A stretch of 32,000 nucleotides of DNA from Bdellovibrionales bacterium. GTDB lineage: Bacteria; Bdellovibrionota; Bdellovibrionia; Bdellovibrionales; UBA1609. The position numbers were made by a program, and so were the translations under genes. The number at the start of each line of letters is the position of its first letter. The first letter of the stretch is position 1. The notes under the pieces were generated by a model, which did not search any database, was not told the DNA's origin, and saw nothing but the letters and a program-made list of their open reading frames with translations. Positions 1-8,066 of this stretch are shown here, one piece after another. The stretch lies in assembly GCA_965247685.1 (NCBI GenBank), contig OZ252021.1, forward strand, positions 240,001 to 272,000, given 5' to 3'.

Positions 1-657
1 CAGTAACGCAGTTTGCTCATCTCTCCAGATACAATGAGAGTCCACTTGCCCTTCCACAATATAAGACTTTCTTTGATTCAGCCTGTCTTCATCTTCACAG
101 TGAGAAGCCATCCTACGAGATCCATGTTGAACTACTTTTTCTAAATCTTTTTCTTGATCCACCAATAAATTCCCAGTGGAGCTACCCATAAATACCTTAA
201 CACCACAACAAGCTGGTTGTTTTTCTAATTCATCTAATTGGTCAGCATTTTCAGGGCTTGCCCCCATATAAAAAGCATAATCACAATAAAATCTATTTTT
301 TGCTCTTCTTCTTTTTTCTTCTAAGGCTTCAACGGATGTTGTAGGAGGAAAGGTATTTGGCATTTCAAAAACACCCGTCATGCCTCCAAGCAGTGCACTA
401 CGACTTCCTGTTTCAAAATTTTCTTTATGTTCCATTCCAGGTTCTCTAAAGTGAACTTGACAGTCAAATAAACCTGGCAAGACATGAAGATTATGAGCAT
501 TAAAAACTTGATGAGCTTTTTTTTGTTCAATAAAACCTATTTCAACAATTTGACCATCAGAAATACCAATATCGACCTGTTCTTCCACCAAGTCCAAAGG
601 ATTCTCAGGACGAGAAATTAAAACCAGTCCGCCTTTTATTACTAAATCGAAGATCAA
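1..657 (-). CDS. pyrC: Dihydroorotase-like amidohydrolase. The N-terminal 219 codons are present and the 3' end runs off the window.
   Basis: My own translation of the minus strand from TTG at 657, preceded by AAGGAA, gives (M)IFDLVIKGG...LPGLFDCQVHFREPG...CGVKVFMG...ASHCEDE. This matches type-I dihydroorotase hallmarks (D-x-H-x-H-x-R-x-PG region, carbamylated-Lys region, H-x-ED). The ORF is open to position 1 and is absent from the ORF track because it has no stop in the window. Confidence 0.7.
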   Translation of the reverse strand, partial: MIFDLVIKGGLVLISRPENPLDLVEEQVDIGISDGQIVEIGFIEQKKAHQVFNAHNLHVLPGLFDCQVHFREPGMEHKENFETGSRSALLGGMTGVFEMPNTFPPTTSVEALEEKRRRAKNRFYCDYAFYMGASPENADQLDELEKQPACCGVKVFMGSSTGNLLVDQEKDLEKVVQHGSRRMASHCEDEDRLNQRKSYIVEGQVDSHCIWRDEQTALL

Positions 658-739
658 AACCTCATTCCTTTTCGACAAAATACATATGAAACAGTTTAAA
701 AAAAATATCTTATTCAAGCAACTGTTTATAGTATTTTTA

Positions 740-2335
740 CTATTGGCAATGGGAGTTATCATTGAGGCTTGATAAGCCTAATTGAGGCGCAAATTGCTCC
801 CACTTCTGAAAGACAGAGGGATGACCTGAGCTTATATTTCCTAAACCTGCCTCAGCGTAAGCTAAATTATTCAATAAGCACTTATTTTTTTTGCAATTTT
901 GGAAATAGTATACTCGCATTCTTTCCCATTCCGAAAGTTTCTCCCATTTGCTATTATTAAGGCCCAATGGAGGATCTTTTATTTTACTTTTTATCTTCCT
1001 AATATTACCGCTACCTGCATTATAGGCAGCCAAAGCTTTTCTCCAGTCATCATATGGCTCCTCCAAAGAAGATGCTTTTTTAGAACACCTAAATGAAGGT
1101 CTTTTACCTTTATTAAGAGATTTGTAATAATCTTTAACAATATCCATGCTGACTTCAAGACTTGTTTGAGGATCATTTAGGCATTGTGGTGCAGATAAAT
1201 TCCTTGGGCAAATTTTTTGAATTCGATTCTCATGAACACTTTGATAGATTTGAAAAGGTCCTTTACTTTTTCCATCATCTCCTAGAGGAGAGCATTTTCC
1301 AGAATTTTCCAAGTACATAATAGAAAGCATGAGTGCCGGAGGAACCTTTGACTGACAAGCTTTACAAACTAAAGTATTTTTAACATAGTTAGGAAAGTCA
1401 CTCGGTTGGCAATGATTACGAAAATTTTGAACTACTTGATTAGTAAAATCTTGATCCCTGCCACCAATACAAATTTTTGATCTTAACTTATTCTTTAAAT
1501 CTCTTTCATATCTCTCCACTTTTACAGCTTCACATTCTGTACACTGATCGATGGCTTCCGTATGAATATCACTTAAATCGGTACAAGAAGGTGTATCTGG
1601 TCTTTTGGATTCAACAAGAGCAACGTGATGTATGGGGCTACTAGTCACTCTAGTAGATGAATCTGAACTTTGTTCTGCGGAATTGTTAACAATATCTTCA
1701 GTCGAAGTCTCTACCGATTTTCCTTGCTCTACATCAATTCGACTATCTATTCTTTGTTCTGCGGAATTGTTAACAACATCTTCAGTCGAAGCCGCTACCA
1801 ATTTCCCCTGCTTTACATTAATTTGACCATCTGTTCTTTCTTCTTGAATAATATCGTCATCTTTTGTGTGCAAGAAAGAGTAATCTTGACTACTCTTTAT
1901 TTTCTTCTCTCTGTCTCTTCGACTGATTGTTTTATACTTTCGCTCGGTATCGGAATATTCCCAAGAACGCCAATTCTTATTCAACAAAGTTCTCCTTAAT
2001 TTTCTGTTAGAAAGAGAAGTCAAGTTTTGAATCATAGGGGTATACATTCTTGGGAGAAGATATCCATTCTGTGTGATTTCCATTGAATTAAAACTAGTTT
2101 GAGGTAAGCATAAAACTAAGGGTATAGATGGAGGACACAACAGCCTAAACTGAGAATGAATAGGCATAGGACGAATAGGTTGTAAAGGTGCAAGACGAAA
2201 TGCATAGGGATTTAAAAAAGGTTGAGCCGAAGAAAAAGAACAGAACAAAGTCAATAAAACAATAAATTTTTTTGTTTGAACAAAGTTTATAACTTGATTA
2301 AAGCTCTTTTTATATACCTTATTTGAGAATTTCAT
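740..2335 (-). CDS. Secreted protein with a C-terminal lytic-transglycosylase (SLT/lysozyme-like) domain
   Basis: 531-aa ORF. The N-terminal signal peptide is KKFIVLLTLFCSFSSA|QP. The C-terminal part has SLT-like motifs: YLENSG...GPFQI (E-x-S ... G-L-M-Q-like) and LAAYNAGSGNI (AYNAG motif). The central part is acidic with a 28-aa tandem repeat. Confidence 0.6.
   Translation of the reverse strand: MKFSNKVYKKSFNQVINFVQTKKFIVLLTLFCSFSSAQPFLNPYAFRLAPLQPIRPMPIHSQFRLLCPPSIPLVLCLPQTSFNSMEITQNGYLLPRMYTPMIQNLTSLSNRKLRRTLLNKNWRSWEYSDTERKYKTISRRDREKKIKSSQDYSFLHTKDDDIIQEERTDGQINVKQGKLVAASTEDVVNNSAEQRIDSRIDVEQGKSVETSTEDIVNNSAEQSSDSSTRVTSSPIHHVALVESKRPDTPSCTDLSDIHTEAIDQCTECEAVKVERYERDLKNKLRSKICIGGRDQDFTNQVVQNFRNHCQPSDFPNYVKNTLVCKACQSKVPPALMLSIMYLENSGKCSPLGDDGKSKGPFQIYQSVHENRIQKICPRNLSAPQCLNDPQTSLEVSMDIVKDYYKSLNKGKRPSFRCSKKASSLEEPYDDWRKALAAYNAGSGNIRKIKSKIKDPPLGLNNSKWEKLSEWERMRVYYFQNCKKNKCLLNNLAYAEAGLGNISSGHPSVFQKWEQFAPQLGLSSLNDNSHCQ
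1671..1838. repeat. 2 x 84-bp in-frame tandem repeat inside the 740..2335 CDS
   Basis: tgttctgcggaattgttaacaa[t/c]atcttcagtcgaag... starts at both 1671 and 1755. It encodes VKQGKLVAASTEDVVNNSAEQRIDSRID / VEQGKSVETSTEDIVNNSAEQSSDSSTR. Confidence 0.8.
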
Positions 2336-2602
2336 AATCTATGACCCACACTATAAAAAATCCAATGAGAAAAAGGAAGAAAACCTTCAAACGCTTTCAA
2401 GAAACAAAAAGCCCATTTTCACAGAAAAGCGAACTCTGCATTTATCATACATGATTTCTTGTTTAGAATGATTCATTTTTTTATCAAAATCTTAAAAAAT
2501 ATCTCTCTACTAAAGATTTTTCTTAAATAAGAATCAATTTTTAATAGACTTTAGTATAAAGAAGGAAAATAATGGATAGAGATTAAAAGGAAGAGGTTTA
2601 TT

Positions 2603-2908
2603 ATGCGTGTTTACCGTTGGCAATCACGGACGATTCCAGACAAAGAACAAATCCGTATGTTTTTTGAAAGAGAAGGTCTTATTCCTCATGAGGAAATTTA
2701 TAAAAAAGGTGAAAAAATATCCGATCACATACACCCTTTTGATGAGGTGCGTATGGTATGTTCTGGTGAAATTCATTTCAATATTGCTGGCAATCATCTG
2801 CTCCTTCGTGGTGGAGATAAAATTGTTATACCACCTAATACTTGGCACTCAAAAGAAGTCAAAGGGCCTTTGGACTGCGTTTCACTTTGTGCTTTTAAGC
2901 TCTACTAA
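2603..2908 (+). CDS. Small single-domain cupin protein
   Basis: 101-aa ORF with an AGGAAGAGG Shine-Dalgarno sequence upstream. It has a cupin-like two-motif pattern: HIHPFDEVRMVCSGE ... GDKIVIPPNTWHS. Confidence 0.7.
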   Translation: MRVYRWQSRTIPDKEQIRMFFEREGLIPHEEIYKKGEKISDHIHPFDEVRMVCSGEIHFNIAGNHLLLRGGDKIVIPPNTWHSKEVKGPLDCVSLCAFKLY

Positions 2909-2931
2909 ACCTGTTCAATGGAGCTCATAAT

Positions 2932-4464
2932 ATGAGAACTGAGCATAGAATTACAATGAACTTAGAGAAGCTCTCTCGTTTTGTTAATATTATATTGCTC
3001 TGTTCATTAATAGGATGCTTGATTGGAGTTTATTTTTTTCAATCCATTCTTTTTATCTCGATCACAGTCATCCTATTTATTATTAATCTAATTAACTTTT
3101 ATTATCTATACATACAAAAAACTCATACACTCCTGTCCAACTTTGGCATATTAGCCCAAACGCGTTATATTATTGAAAGCTTAGGACCTGAGTTTCGACA
3201 ATATCTTTATTCCGATGATACAGAGGGAAAACCTTTTAACAGAAAAGAGAGAGAAGATATTTATAAAAAATCAAAAAATATAAAAAGTTCCGCAGCTTTT
3301 GGCTCTCTTCATAATTTTGATTCTACAGAGTTAAAATTTAAACACTCTTTATTTCCTGTCTTAAAATCAAAAATAAAAAAATACTCCCTCACTTTTGGAG
3401 AAGAAAGAAATCTGGAAAAAGCTTACACCATTTATAAACCCATTCTCATTGGGGCTATGAGCTATGGGGCTTTAGGCTCCCGTGCCGTCCAAGCTTTGTC
3501 TCGAGGAGCTAAAAAGGCTAATATCCCTTTGAATACAGGTGAAGGAGGTTATCCTAAATATCATCTCATTGAAAATAGCGATCTTATTTTTCAAATGGGA
3601 ACAGCTAAGTTTGGTGTTCGAACGTCTACGGGAGAATTAGATGCAGCCAAACTTAAACATTTAGCACAGAAACCTCAAATAAAGATGATTGAAATTAAAT
3701 TTTCTCAAGGAGCTAAACCTGGAAAAGGAGGACTGCTTCCAAAAGAAAAAATTACAAAAGAAATCGCTCAACTCAGAGGTATTCCTTTAGGGCAAGATGT
3801 TATTTCTCCTTCTTATCATTCAGAGTGCTTGGATGTTACATCTACTTGTTTATTTATAAAACATGTACAAGATATTTCATCGCTTCCTGTAGGCATTAAG
3901 TTGTGTTTAGGTCAAACTTCAGAGTTTCGCGGGCTTATAGAAAAAATGATGGAAATGAATATTTTTCCAGACTACATTGCCATTGACGGTGCAGAAGGAG
4001 GAACAGGAGCCGCTCCAAAAATATTTATGGATCATGTCGGTCAACCCATCTTTACTGCTCTTCCCTTAGTTCACAAAATTTTACAAGAGACGGGAGTGCG
4101 AAATAAAATGAAGCTTCTAGCTTCTGGAAAATTGGTCAATTCCGGCTGTCAAATGATGGCCTTAGCGTATGGAGCTGATGCTATATACACAGCCAGAGGT
4201 TTTATGTTAGCATTAGGATGCATTCAAGCACTTCGTTGCAATAACAACACCTGCCCTGTGGGTATTACCACTCACTCCCCATCTTTAATGAGAGGGTTAG
4301 ATATTGAAGACAAATCTGAAAGAGTTTTTCATTATGTCAATAATTTAAACGAAGAGTATTATGAACTTCTCTCTGCATTAGGAAAAAATTCATTTAAAAA
4401 CTTGAACTCAAAACTTATGCTCCAAAGCTCTATTAATCCTTCCGTCACACAGCAAACCTCTTAA
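2932..4464 (+). CDS. Membrane-anchored FMN-dependent glutamate-synthase-domain (GltB central-domain-like) protein
   Basis: 510-aa ORF with two N-terminal hydrophobic helices. Family hallmarks follow: GAMSYGALGSRAVQALSRGAKKANIPLNTGEGG, KFSQGAKPGKGGLLP, IAIDGAEGGTGAAP. GGAG lies upstream of the ATG. The true start could instead be the internal Met at 2956. Confidence 0.8.
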   Translation: MRTEHRITMNLEKLSRFVNIILLCSLIGCLIGVYFFQSILFISITVILFIINLINFYYLYIQKTHTLLSNFGILAQTRYIIESLGPEFRQYLYSDDTEGKPFNRKEREDIYKKSKNIKSSAAFGSLHNFDSTELKFKHSLFPVLKSKIKKYSLTFGEERNLEKAYTIYKPILIGAMSYGALGSRAVQALSRGAKKANIPLNTGEGGYPKYHLIENSDLIFQMGTAKFGVRTSTGELDAAKLKHLAQKPQIKMIEIKFSQGAKPGKGGLLPKEKITKEIAQLRGIPLGQDVISPSYHSECLDVTSTCLFIKHVQDISSLPVGIKLCLGQTSEFRGLIEKMMEMNIFPDYIAIDGAEGGTGAAPKIFMDHVGQPIFTALPLVHKILQETGVRNKMKLLASGKLVNSGCQMMALAYGADAIYTARGFMLALGCIQALRCNNNTCPVGITTHSPSLMRGLDIEDKSERVFHYVNNLNEEYYELLSALGKNSFKNLNSKLMLQSSINPSVTQQTS

Positions 4465-4513
4465 AAAGAGTAAAAGTAAAATTAATCTTAAAAGTTTGAC
4501 TCTATGAAAAGCA

Positions 4514-5743
4514 TTGATTTACCTTGAAAACTCATTGAAATTATTTTTATCTTTCTTTTTTAGGTATCTCCTATCTTCTCGGGCAGGCTCGGTCATTCGA
4601 TTCGTTTGTATTACCTGCATTTGTAGCCTAGCTGTCAGCTTAGCAGGTCTATTGATAGTCATTAGCGTAATGTCTGGTTTTGGTTCATCTATTCGTGATC
4701 GACTGCTTAAAGAAGAACCTCATCTAGTTGTCTGGACTCCTTCTGAAAAAATAGATTCTTTAAAAAAGATATTAAAAACACATCAACTGCAAGATGATGT
4801 ACAAGTGATTCGAATTTTTGAAACACAAGATGTCATTTTAAAAAAGTCATCTGGAGAAGTTACAGGAGCTATAGCTAGAGGTTATACAAAAAAAAACCTT
4901 CAACAAATTATTTTAAGTTTTGAAAATTCTTATTCACCTTCTACAGAAAGTAAAAACTCCATGCCTCAAATTCATATTGGAATGGAATTAGCAAATCAGC
5001 TAGCCCTTTATGAAGGAGACCAGCTATTTTTATTTCCAGCAGAAACTCTTCTTCTACCTCCAACAGAAATAGCTCCGCCTGAAACTGTACAAATCTATTC
5101 TCTAGTTTTACCCTCGCACTCTTCTGTAGATAATAGAACGATAATGTATGAAATAGGATCTATACCTTCTGTAAAGGATAATTCTTCTTTAGAAAAAGGA
5201 GTGGAAATTTTTCTAAAAAACCCTACTCAGTACCACAAGCACCAAGAAGTTCTTCAACAAGAAGGCTATTCAGTTCAGTCTTGGAGTGAAAGAAACTCAT
5301 CCTTATTTTTCGCTTTAAAAATCGAAAAAGGAATTATGATTATATTTCTTTCTTTAGCTGCTTTGATTGCCAGCTTTTCAATCGCCTCTATGATGCAGTT
5401 ATTACTACATCAAAAGAAAAGAGATATCGAAATATTAATGGTGATGGGCTATCCCATCCAAAAAATTAAACAATTATTTACATTTATTGCTTTTTTTATG
5501 TCCCTTTTTGGAGTTTCAAGTGGTGTGATTTTAGGATACTTAGTTTGTATTTTTTTAGAATATACTCCTATTAATTTATTACCAGATATTTATGTAGATA
5601 GAAAGATTCCCGTAGAAATCACTTTAGATTTGTTTGGAATGGTCTTCGTTTTAGCTTGTGTATTGTCTTATCTTGCATCTTGGATTCCAATGTATTTTTA
5701 CACCTTCAGCTTTTCCACAGATGCTATGAAAAAAGCTTCTTAG
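4514..5743 (+). CDS. LolC/LolE-family (FtsX-type) lipoprotein-release ABC transporter permease, copy 1
   Basis: 409-aa ORF with the family topology: an N-terminal TM helix, a large periplasmic loop, then three C-terminal TM helices (FtsX-like). The N-terminus FFFRYLLSSRAGSVIRF resembles the LolC/E RYL...R motif. The start is uncertain, either TTG 4514 or TTG 4535. Confidence 0.7.
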   Translation: MIYLENSLKLFLSFFFRYLLSSRAGSVIRFVCITCICSLAVSLAGLLIVISVMSGFGSSIRDRLLKEEPHLVVWTPSEKIDSLKKILKTHQLQDDVQVIRIFETQDVILKKSSGEVTGAIARGYTKKNLQQIILSFENSYSPSTESKNSMPQIHIGMELANQLALYEGDQLFLFPAETLLLPPTEIAPPETVQIYSLVLPSHSSVDNRTIMYEIGSIPSVKDNSSLEKGVEIFLKNPTQYHKHQEVLQQEGYSVQSWSERNSSLFFALKIEKGIMIIFLSLAALIASFSIASMMQLLLHQKKRDIEILMVMGYPIQKIKQLFTFIAFFMSLFGVSSGVILGYLVCIFLEYTPINLLPDIYVDRKIPVEITLDLFGMVFVLACVLSYLASWIPMYFYTFSFSTDAMKKAS

Positions 5744-5756
5744 ACAAACTAGCAGT

Positions 5757-7189
5757 TTAGAGTGATTTTCCAAATAGAGTGAGATACATTAATTTATAAA
5801 TATCCGTATTTTCCATCAAACCCTTCACAAGATTTGAATTTAAACCGGCCGCTTTAATCAGTATACTTCCATGTACATCCTTAGATTGAGGAGAACCCCA
5901 TACAATAGAGAAAGAATATCTTTTAAAAAAGCCTGCTGAACTATATAAAATAGGTTCTCCCGAATACTTTGATTCAGATATAATAAGTCCACCAGAGTTA
6001 CTATCCGAAGTGGTGAGTAAAAGTGTGTTTGGATTTTGCTTTAAAAAATCGTATGCAACACCTAAACTCTCATCCGCTCTTCGACCGGCAACAAGAAAAC
6101 CTTTGGTGTTACTTAAGTTTGGAAAATTGTCTGTCCCCTCTTCCTCTACGACAATAAAAAATTGCTTCTTTTTATTCTCTAAGAACTTGAGAGCACTAGC
6201 TGTCATTTGGGCAATAGTCGGTGCTTTTTTCTCATAGTAGGGTAATCTTTGATTTTTTATTTCTTCTTCAGTAACACTATTAAAAGTGTGATCATGAGCA
6301 AAGATCCCTAAAATTTTTGCAGCATTCAAATGCTGATTGAAGTTTTTTAAGTCATAGATGACAGTGTAACCCATCTCTTGAGCTTTTTGAATCATATTGA
6401 GATTGTCTTTTCGAAATCCTAAACCAAAGCGCCCTTGTACCCCTTCAGGAAGTAAAAATTTTTCACCACCTGCAAAGATAAGATCCACGCCTGATTCAAT
6501 AACCTGTTTTGCAATGTCATCATCATTTTGCCTAGATGAAACTTGTGCAACAAAAGCAGCTGTACCTGGCTCAACAATGGAGCCAGATTGGCACAATGCT
6601 GTGATCAAGCCTTTTTTTTTGCTTCAATGAGTAAAGAATAAGGCTGGTTAGACAAAGAACGAATATGTTTTCCTTGATCCATACCAAAGCTGTCTTTGCC
6701 TGTTTTAATTCCATAAGCATGAATCGTTGCTCCTGCATTGGAAGTAGCTGTCAGCTGCCCTCTAATCGTCCCTCGGTAAATAGCAGTATGAGGAAGCTTA
6801 TCATAGTTGATTTGCCCCTCGAAACCCGCATGATACAGACGAATAGCATCCCAATGAGAAACAGACATACCGTCTGGATGAATAAAGATAACATTACCAT
6901 TTTGAGCAAAATCATCATCTTCTTTTATGAACTTTTTACGAGGTAATTTGCATCCACTTTTATTGCAACGATTTTTTTTACACTTCTCACATTTCTTTTT
7001 ACTACATTTCTTGCACTTGCTTTTATGACTGCACTTCTTCTTGCTGCATTGATGCTCTTTGTATTTTTGCCCATGATGGTGCCTTCTTTCACAACAGCTT
7101 GTTTTTTGAAACACAGAACAAGAAGAAGAAAAAAAGAATAAACTCATTAATATAGCTAAAGTTTTCCATTGCTTGAATATATTAATCAC
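5757..7189 (-). pseudogene. Alkaline-phosphatase-superfamily exported protein, split into two ORFs (6605..7189 and 5757..6608) by a frameshift in an A9 homopolymer
   Basis: The upstream ORF has a signal peptide, then FIHPDGMS and LTATSNAGATIHAYGIKTG (PhoA-like DGMG and D-S-A-A nucleophile regions). It ends ...EAKKKA* inside gca-aaa-aaa-aag-gct-tga, which corresponds to plus-strand T9 at 6612..6620. One extra A reads EAKKKGLITALCQSGSIVEPGTAAF..., joining seamlessly to the downstream ORF (FFIVVEEEGTD, LLLTTSDSNSGG, DVHGSIL). Confidence 0.65.
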
Positions 7190-7260
7190 CTTTACGCCCC
7201 TATTTTTTAAGATAATGTGACTCTTTATTTACGAATCACTTCTTGTTCAGTTCATAATTT

Positions 7261-7302
7261 TTGTCAAAATCTGTCAAGATATTTTGTAATACAGGCTGTC
7301 AG
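7261..7302 (+). promoter_or_regulatory. TGTCA direct repeats (Pho-box-like) in the divergent intergenic region beside the phosphatase-like gene
   Basis: TTGTCAA (7261) and CTGTCAA (7271) lie 10 bp apart. TGTAAT (7285..7290) follows, then a third CTGTCAG (7296). Confidence 0.25.
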
Positions 7303-7452
7303 GATAACACACTCTCAATCTATGTTAAAAGAAGTCTTAAAACATCTTTTAAATGGATTTAAAATTGTAAAATAACCACCTAAAGTCTATGTCTCCATAA
7401 AAAACTATAAAAAAAAGTAATCTTTAGCACTTATTAAAAATACAATCTGTTC

Positions 7453-7968
7453 ATGATGTCTCGATATGTCACAGTTGGAGTCGTTTTATCCCTCTTGGTG
7501 GGTTTGTATTTCTTTTTGCAGCCGAATGATGAGAAGTATATTAAAAAAACAACTCTTCAAATCATCGATCAAATGGTGCAACCTGCAAATACCTCAAAAA
7601 TGGCTGCCATTCTAAGAAGAATACGAAACATCACTGAACCTATGCATTTTTCTATAAAAGTTATTTTTTCCAGAAATAACGAGGTCATTTTCAAAGAGAA
7701 TTCTGTCTCTCAAGTGAGAACCTTATTAGGAAGTTACTTTAAAAATCAACCTCGATTTCGATTAAAAACACTCAAACAGGATGATTTGAACTTTTCCATT
7801 CAAGATAGTGGAAATCAAAAAACAGCACAGCTTTCTTTTTTACTCCAAGGAGGGAGACAAGAAAGAAGTTACAGCTGCAAAGTTCGAATGGGTTGGAGAC
7901 ATGAAAAAGACTGGAAAATTTACAAAATCGAAGGTTCAAAATGCAAAAACTTAAACCTTGATTATTAG
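7453..7968 (+). CDS. Hypothetical protein with an N-terminal membrane anchor or signal sequence
   Basis: 171-aa ORF filling an otherwise empty interval, with a hydrophobic N-terminus (VTVGVVLSLLVGLYFFL). I recognise no family and there is no clear Shine-Dalgarno sequence. Confidence 0.5.
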   Translation: MMSRYVTVGVVLSLLVGLYFFLQPNDEKYIKKTTLQIIDQMVQPANTSKMAAILRRIRNITEPMHFSIKVIFSRNNEVIFKENSVSQVRTLLGSYFKNQPRFRLKTLKQDDLNFSIQDSGNQKTAQLSFLLQGGRQERSYSCKVRMGWRHEKDWKIYKIEGSKCKNLNLDY

Positions 7969-7994
7969 ATTTTTTGTTTCTTGTTCATAAAAAC

Positions 7995-8023
7995 TTGAAT
8001 TTTATCCCTATTCCTTTTATGAA
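7995..8023 (+). promoter_or_regulatory. Putative sigma70-type promoter for the EF-G gene
   Basis: TTGAAT (7995..8000), a 17-nt spacer, then TATGAA (8018..8023). It lies about 40 nt upstream of the ATG at 8067. Confidence 0.3.
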
Positions 8024-8066
8024 AGACTATGTATGACGTTCCTTAATTCTCAATAACTGGTTACTC

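Noticed and set aside
658-739. 8-bp inverted repeat aaacagtt ... aactgttt between the SLT-protein gene and pyrC as a terminator
   Set aside because: The loop is 23 nt and the stem is AT-rich, so this is not a credible intrinsic terminator.
1670-1999. Track ORFs overlapping strong CDSs in other frames or on the opposite strand: 1670..1999, 2607..2930, 6010..6237, 6665..6946, 11681..12016, 14095..14331, 16433..16681, 21305..21502, 24784..25107, 29523..29723 and 30368..30616
   Set aside because: Each lies entirely within a longer ORF with clear family homology. They have low-complexity, AT-biased composition typical of spurious ORFs in AT-rich DNA.
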